Below, piece after piece: positions 57,943 through 64,000 of a stretch of 64,000 nt of DNA. The notes under the pieces are model-generated. The model saw only the letters and a program-made list of their open reading frames with translations. It had not been told where the DNA came from and made no database searches. The stretch comes from Craspedostauros australis (lineage: Eukaryota): positions 1 through 64,000 of the forward strand of contig JALAGF010005434.1 in the NCBI GenBank assembly GCA_030167865.1, given 5' to 3'. Numbering within the stretch: the first letter of the stretch is position 1; every line of letters begins with the position of its first letter. Both the position numbers and the translations under genes were made by a program.

Positions 57943-59563
57943 TTATAAAATGCTGTTGCCCATCAGCGAGGTGGCGATTTGCAGGCCCAGCTCAATGGTG
58001 TCATCGGCGCCGTCGTCGTGGCTGAGGGTAGGGTTCAGTTCCACGATTTCGGCAGACGCCAGATTGCCAGTTTGGGCCACAGCTTCGGCGACGAAGTGCG
58101 CTTCGCGGTATGTCAATCCGCCACGCACGGCCGTGCCGGTTGCTGGTGCTAACGCAGGATCGATTGCGTCGACGTCGTACGACACATGCAACGGCCGGTT
58201 GGGATCTTGTGCCAGCAAATGGGCGAATGCGCGGTCCATCACCGATCCGATGCCGTAGCGGTCGATGTCGTACATTGTGAATGCCCGGATGTTCAAGTCA
58301 CGGATCCATTGCCGTTCGGTCGGATCAATATCTCTCAGCCCGACATACACGATCTGCTCTGGCGACAGCTTGGGAACGTGCTCCAGGAATTCAAATCCTG
58401 GAAGTGCCGCGAAGTCAACCGCGGTGCTTGGCTGGTACTGATGATGATCCATAAGCAATCCGATCGGCATGCCATGCATGTTCCCGCTCTCGCTCGTGGC
58501 GGGCGTGTTCAAGTCGGCGTGTGCATCAACCCAAATGACCCCGGTGTTGGGTCGGACCGTGAGGATTCCTGCCAGAGAACCCGCCCCGATGGAATGATCG
58601 CCACCCAGAATGAGCGGGAACTGGTCCTTTTGTATCACGCCCGCGACAGTGTTGAAGAGGAGTTCGTTTCCCTGGCCGACGAGTTTGCAATTCTTGGCAT
58701 TCGGTGGATCTGGTGGCAATGCTGTCCCAGACAAGTTCGAATCGAACGAAAGATCTGGCAAGTCCTCCACTCTCCAGCCAAGCGATGAGAGCATTCCACG
58801 CAAACCCTTTTCTCTCAGCAGCGCAGGTCCATGATCCTGAATGAGCAGAGGGTGCATGCAGCATCAGTTTTGTGGACCAACATTAGCGATGCCGGTTCCA
58901 CCGGTTTTGAGTGATCGGCACAGTCATCAAGTGCAACACAATATGATCCAGCGCAATGCATCGTGTTGTGTTGTGCCGTGTTGTGGAGAACCAATCGATA
59001 CGAGGAAGTGTGTGAGTGGGAGACGAAGGGGAACATGAATGCTATGGAGTAGAGGAGAATGGTTGTGTGTGAGTGCTTGTGGTGGCACTCCTGTGGCGGT
59101 GCACCTGCTGACTTACCGTTCCAGCAAATGGCTGCCCGTATGTCATCGGTGCCCTGTGAATTGATCAACATTATGAGGTTGGCGCGAGTAGATGTGAGTG
59201 GAAGATGAGCGGAATGCAGAGATTGGATGAGATGGCGTAGTGTCCGACTGCTGCAATGAGATCGCATCAAAGGACCCAGCCGCGCCAACTAATTCGTAGG
59301 AATGTAAAGAGCAAGCAGCGCTCTCAAACATCGACTGTCACGCACCCGATGATAGTTGCTGTTCTGGGATGCCGACAATGCTGGAACAGACTTCCGTCGC
59401 TGCCAGAAGGCAGCATGCGATCAACGATGACATGCTGCTTTCCAAATCCTGTCGTTTTGAGCAATGGCGTGCCATCGCTGCCGCCGTTCGATGCGCTTGC
59501 GAAGCGGCAACTCGAAAGGGTGGGTCTCAATTTGCGGAAACATTCTGTCTCTCCCTTCAACAT
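57943..59563 (-). CDS. ARG: Arginase (exons 59563-59346, 59153-59117 and 58836-57943)
   Basis: GGDHS, DAHADLN, SGNMHGMP, SYDVDAIDP, TGT..RGG and VELNP. Two GT-AG introns reconstruct TATIIG|APMTYGQPFAGT|DHGP. Start uncertain. Confidence 0.93.
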
Positions 59564-61925
59564 GTTCGGAACTGTTGCTGTGACGTTGTTGTGGAGGTGT
59601 GCAGTCGTGACCGCGAGTTGTGGAAAGGTTGGTGAGATCATATGATACGATGTGATGCGATGTGATGTAATACGGGAGGTTGCGCGTCGTATGTGATCAG
59701 AGACGACCATGTACAGATCATGCCATCACCAAGCATGGAGGATCATCAATGGGTGAGGGATCGCCAACCCCGGCTGTCTGACCGACCGTTCCTGTTGGAG
59801 GACCGCACACCGGACAATGCAAGCTCTCGTGTCCATGCTTCGTCGATCTTGGAGCATCGTCATCCGCCAACTCACTCATCAACGAGCGGATCATCTTGGT
59901 GATGCACGCACGGCCTGCTTTTCTTTCTGTATCTGAGCCTTGTTTGTCTCGATGCCTTGCTGCTCTTCGTTCTCTCCGGATGCTTTGCGTTGCTTTCTTT
60001 CTCTTGCGTGCTGCTCTGGAATTATGGATGTGCTCGTACCACACTCACGTCATTGCGTGTGACATCGAAACACAGAGATGATGTCTCTTTCATTTGATGT
60101 CTGTGCGAGAGGCAAGAATCTGTTGGTGATGCCTCATTTTCTTCTTGTTTGGATCCATCTCCGACTCGTCTGATTACCAATCAAAAACGAACTTGTGTCG
60201 AAATGTGTGACATCAGTAATTCCCGATTGTACGGGACTAAACCAGAATAGAGTACAGAAACAACAAATACCCCCTCACCGTTAACGTGGCAAGCGCATGA
60301 TCGATCACTCCTGAGCGTTACAGGAGCACGTTACTTTTGGGACTACGGGGAATTTCGACAAACTTGGTGTCATCGAAGGGGTCGCACGATTCAACTTGGC
60401 GACCCAGTCCACCAACCACAACAACGTTCTTCGCCGAAGCTAGAAGCATCACACACCTACTCTGTGGTCGCAGACGGATGCAGTATTTCTGAAGAGCAGC
60501 CACTGCTATGATCATACATCCCTTCAACACACATGCACTAGTACTAGTAGGCAAGGATCCCTTGTTGGTCACTGTGGCGACAGGACGGGTTGGGAAAATG
60601 GAGGTACTAGAGTACTCGTATGGTACTGTATGCAGTCTCCTAAAGTTATGGGTTGGATGTCTGCCATCTCCGTTCTTCCTGAACCACCCATGGGCTGTGC
60701 GCATGTATAGGTGCCTAATGGGTTGGCATCTTGCTGGGTGAGATGTCAAGGTTTCTACACTTCTTTCGTGCCTTCGTGACCCAGATGACGTTGGTTTGGA
60801 GGGCAAGAATGTATCAAATTCCGTCAATGGTGTCCATGGAAGATTCTTGATGGAGAGTTGGGGGATGCGCCCTACACGCCGTCCAAGCTCGTGGAGTTGA
60901 AACAGTCCGGGGAAGTTGGAGAGTCAGGGGAGTCTGGAGAAGTGTGGGAAGACGGCCCACCAGGAATGGAGGAGCGATCCATGCGTGCAGCAGCTTGGTA
61001 TTGCTTATTGCTCATCCGATCGTGCCCATTTGATGGCAGGATAGCAGACAATATCGGTTACGTTGACACGATGGCCCCTCTTATTTCTTCCGCCGTGCCA
61101 TCATGCGTCAGTATCTGCGCCAAGTGTCTTGCATCTCGTTCGCAATCGAGTTTGGTACACGTTGGGGTTGGGTGATGATGGAGTTGTTGACGTTGGCGTG
61201 TCCTCTTTACTTCCGCTGTCGTCATGTGATTGTGCGCAGCTGTCCAGTGATAAACAGACATCTGCCAGCACAGAAGCTGACAGACAGTTGAAGGATGGGT
61301 TTTGTTGGCTGACATACAAGTAATTTCTCCATCTTTCAAACAGACAGCAATCGTGCGGGGTAGACGACAAGACTGAACATTGCACAACGTAAAATGGGAA
61401 CCGCGAAGCCAAGTTCACGTCTGGATCACGACTTCACACAACATCACAGCAAACTCGCTCACGAAAGCCAACACCAACAGATCACACCACATCGACAACA
61501 CGGACACAATCCGCACACGAAGGCAACAACAAATCCGATCCGTTCCCAGGAGACCACAACCACATCACATCGCATCACATCACATCGACAACATCAGCAC
61601 ATCACAAGAGAGGATCACGGAAGAGACCCAGATCCAGACCAACAACGAAAGCACCTTCACTGGATGCCGCAAAATGGACCTCGCTGCATCTCCCATGAAT
61701 TAGGGTCTCCACTTGCTTGCATCAACCATACATACTGTCGTGCTCCTCGTATGTACGATTGGCAGTACCTGGAAGTACCTCCACTACTCCGCATCGTTGG
61801 AACGGCAGTTGGGTGCATGGTCAGGTCACACTGAGCTGATCATATCTTGCTACACCTGTGGCATAAAAAAGCATACTCCAAGAAGAATTGGCTCCTTGAC
61901 AACCACAACAAATCACATCGATACC

Positions 61926-63422
61926 ATGAAGAACGACGTCAGCAGATTTGCAGGCACAGCCGCTGTTGCCCACTCCAGCAGACAATACCTCCGTCTATGT
62001 TTCATCTCCCTACTTCTCTTTGGACTTGTAGATATCAGCACATCCAACACCGATACGTGCACCGACATTTCCAACTGGGGAGTGCAGCAATTTAGTGACG
62101 GAGCCTCCATCGATTGCGACTATTTTTCGAAGAACCAGACGGATTGGTTCGAGCGGTGCAAAGCATCGTGCTCATTCGACGCGGATCCATCCACGGGCCA
62201 CACGGCGTGCAGCGCATGTTGCAATTGCGGAGGCGGGCAGCTACCGGATCGCAAGGAGCTGACCACGACGATGGCGGGGTCCATTCGCTCCATCCGCTTC
62301 GGGTATGGCTTCATGTTCACGGTGGAAGCCAAGAACCAATCCATCCTGGTCGAGAACATTGCATCATCCTACCACAACCAGCTCACATCGGCCTCCGCTG
62401 ACGTGTGGGCCAGGCCTGGGAAGATTGACCCGTTTGGGGAAGAATCGGTTGACCAATGGACGCTTCTTTGCGACAGCTGCCGGTTCAACATCCTCGGCGT
62501 CGGATGGCGGGGATTTCCGGACTACGAGGATTTCTCCCCCATTGTCGTGCCCGCTGGAACCTTCATGTCATTCTACGTCTGGACGGGGAATTGGAACTCG
62601 ATCCAAGTCAACGAGACCGAGGCGACGAACGTCATCCGAGAAAACGAGGACCTCGCGATACGAGCCGCGTGCATCACAACCGTCGAGGCAAACACCCCAC
62701 CTTCGCCGTATCCCTACTTCAACATGGTTAAAACTTGCACGGACTTCAACTACTGGATGGGTTCCGTGATCTACACTCTCTCGGAGCCGTCGGAACAGCC
62801 ATCCACCATTCCGAGCCAAGCTCCGTCTCTGCCGCCGTCAGCAGCGCCATCGATGGCAACCACAAGTCCGACTGGCTCACCCTCCGCCATTCCATCGCAG
62901 CAACCGTCTGCGGTTCCAACCACCACCAAGAGCTCCCAGCCATCCACAAAGCCGTCGACGATGCCGTCGGTGTCTCCGAGTTCGCAGCCGTCCATCAATC
63001 CTTCTCCCATCCCGTCGCAATTGCCAACCCTTGCTCCAACCACGAATTCACCCTCCCAAGCACCGTCGCAGGCGCCATCCACAAGCCCAAGTGTCCCGCC
63101 AAGCGCATCGGTGACACCGACATCGGGGCACCCATCGACCAATCCTTCACAGGAACCAAGCGTGGCTCCCACAACGTCCGAGTCGTTGGAGCCATCGTCA
63201 AGCCCGACTGTGGGGTCTTCCAACCCCACGACATCGCAGGAAGGATCCAATCCCCCGTCAATGTCGCCATCGTCTCTACCAACGACCAGTTCTACTAGTA
63301 CGGCGAACTTGGGTACCGCGGCGCCAACATCGGCAGCGCCCGGAATCCGCCCTTCAAGAGTCGCCGCGGCGGCGCTGACCGCTCTTGCAGTTGCTGTGGG
63401 ATGCGGATTCGCGCTCTTGTGA
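61926..63422 (+). CDS. Cell-surface protein: signal peptide, Cys-rich ACCxCGGG module, beta-rich domain, PS/PT mucin-like stalk and C-terminal TM/GPI-like tail
   Basis: Hydrophobic N-terminus, many PSxxPS/PT repeats at about 62785-63330, and hydrophobic C-terminus AAAALTALAVAVGCGFALL. Confidence 0.85.
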   Translation: MKNDVSRFAGTAAVAHSSRQYLRLCFISLLLFGLVDISTSNTDTCTDISNWGVQQFSDGASIDCDYFSKNQTDWFERCKASCSFDADPSTGHTACSACCNCGGGQLPDRKELTTTMAGSIRSIRFGYGFMFTVEAKNQSILVENIASSYHNQLTSASADVWARPGKIDPFGEESVDQWTLLCDSCRFNILGVGWRGFPDYEDFSPIVVPAGTFMSFYVWTGNWNSIQVNETEATNVIRENEDLAIRAACITTVEANTPPSPYPYFNMVKTCTDFNYWMGSVIYTLSEPSEQPSTIPSQAPSLPPSAAPSMATTSPTGSPSAIPSQQPSAVPTTTKSSQPSTKPSTMPSVSPSSQPSINPSPIPSQLPTLAPTTNSPSQAPSQAPSTSPSVPPSASVTPTSGHPSTNPSQEPSVAPTTSESLEPSSSPTVGSSNPTTSQEGSNPPSMSPSSLPTTSSTSTANLGTAAPTSAAPGIRPSRVAAAALTALAVAVGCGFALL

Positions 63423-64000
63423 GATATGATAGAATGTTGGCAACTAATTTATGCCAAACCCCTTGGGCGCCAAGTGCACTCCAAACCAAGCGGAAGGCAA
63501 CGAAAAGAGACGAGACGAATCGAAATAAGATGAAGTGAAATAAACTAAACTAACTAAAATAAAACAAATTGGAAGAGTACAAAGCGAGAGGAACCGAGGG
63601 GCCTCTGCCTTTGCTTGGATGGGCCTTGCAGCGATCTCGCACGCCAGTGACCGTACGTCCTATTCTCTTCGAGTTGCTCGTGCATGGTGGCAGCGTTTCC
63701 GTGACCATCGCGCCAAAACAAACTGGTGCAAGGATCCATCCAGTTGCGACGCAAGATGAGCTGCCGAACCCATCAATCTCGGATGGGTGCAACCTTACTG
63801 AAAACTGTGATGTCGCTGCGGGATGTCCAGCTTTGTCCAAACGACCTGAAGCGACGACAGAGATGAAGTGTGGGACTTCGGCGATTCACAACGAAAAGCG
63901 CAACGGTGACTGGACACGTTTCGCAATGACCAGCACAGGAAAGATCTTCGTACCGGTCGTGATCTGACAGTCTATTTATTGGACCATCGCCAACGCTGTG

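Noticed and set aside
1694..59563. Idea of a nitric-oxide module (globin, NnrU-family Z-ISO, arginase)
   Set aside because: The genes are spread over about 58 kb among unrelated genes, and Z-ISO has an established carotenoid role.
60100..61700. Short ORFs upstream of the surface-protein gene
   Set aside because: No coding bias or motifs.
1..64000. tRNA, rRNA or snRNA genes
   Set aside because: GTTCGA hits examined by eye lacked a cloverleaf context. A tRNAscan-SE or Infernal run would be decisive.

Overview
Eukaryotic nuclear DNA, almost certainly a diatom (inference from the bipartite plastid-targeting peptides, GT-AG introns, arginase and diatom-type protein families). It is gene-dense, with strong GC3 bias and microsatellite-rich intergenic DNA. 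About 23 protein-coding genes can be supported: a globin, an LRR protein, a bacterial-type TcmP/LCM methyltransferase, a RING-H2 protein, Z-ISO, a U2AF65-like RRM protein, a MYND protein, IspD, an ER DnaJ-ShK protein, a SAM-carrier-like mitochondrial carrier, an ABC-F ATPase, a DUF2330 surface protein, an NAA10-like acetyltransferase, an FKBP-TPR protein, a DNA ligase I-like protein, a METTL21-like methyltransferase, a SHAQKYF MYB, an HCNGP-like protein, arginase, a mucin-stalk surface protein and several hypotheticals. Five genes were reconstructed across introns. A 50-N gap near the start is flanked by a 189-bp duplication. I saw no tRNA, rRNA, CRISPR array or intact transposon, and no convincing multi-gene novel system. 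The best leads are single genes: two bacterial-type horizontal-transfer candidates (DUF2330 with a GPI-like tail, and the TcmP-like methyltransferase), an ABC-F with one degenerate composite ATP site, a U2AF65-RRM/Prp3C-like fusion, a globin with distal Lys, a Z-ISO with a shifted heme-ligand Cys, and an NAA10-like enzyme with a signal peptide. All family calls are from motif recognition by eye, not database searches.
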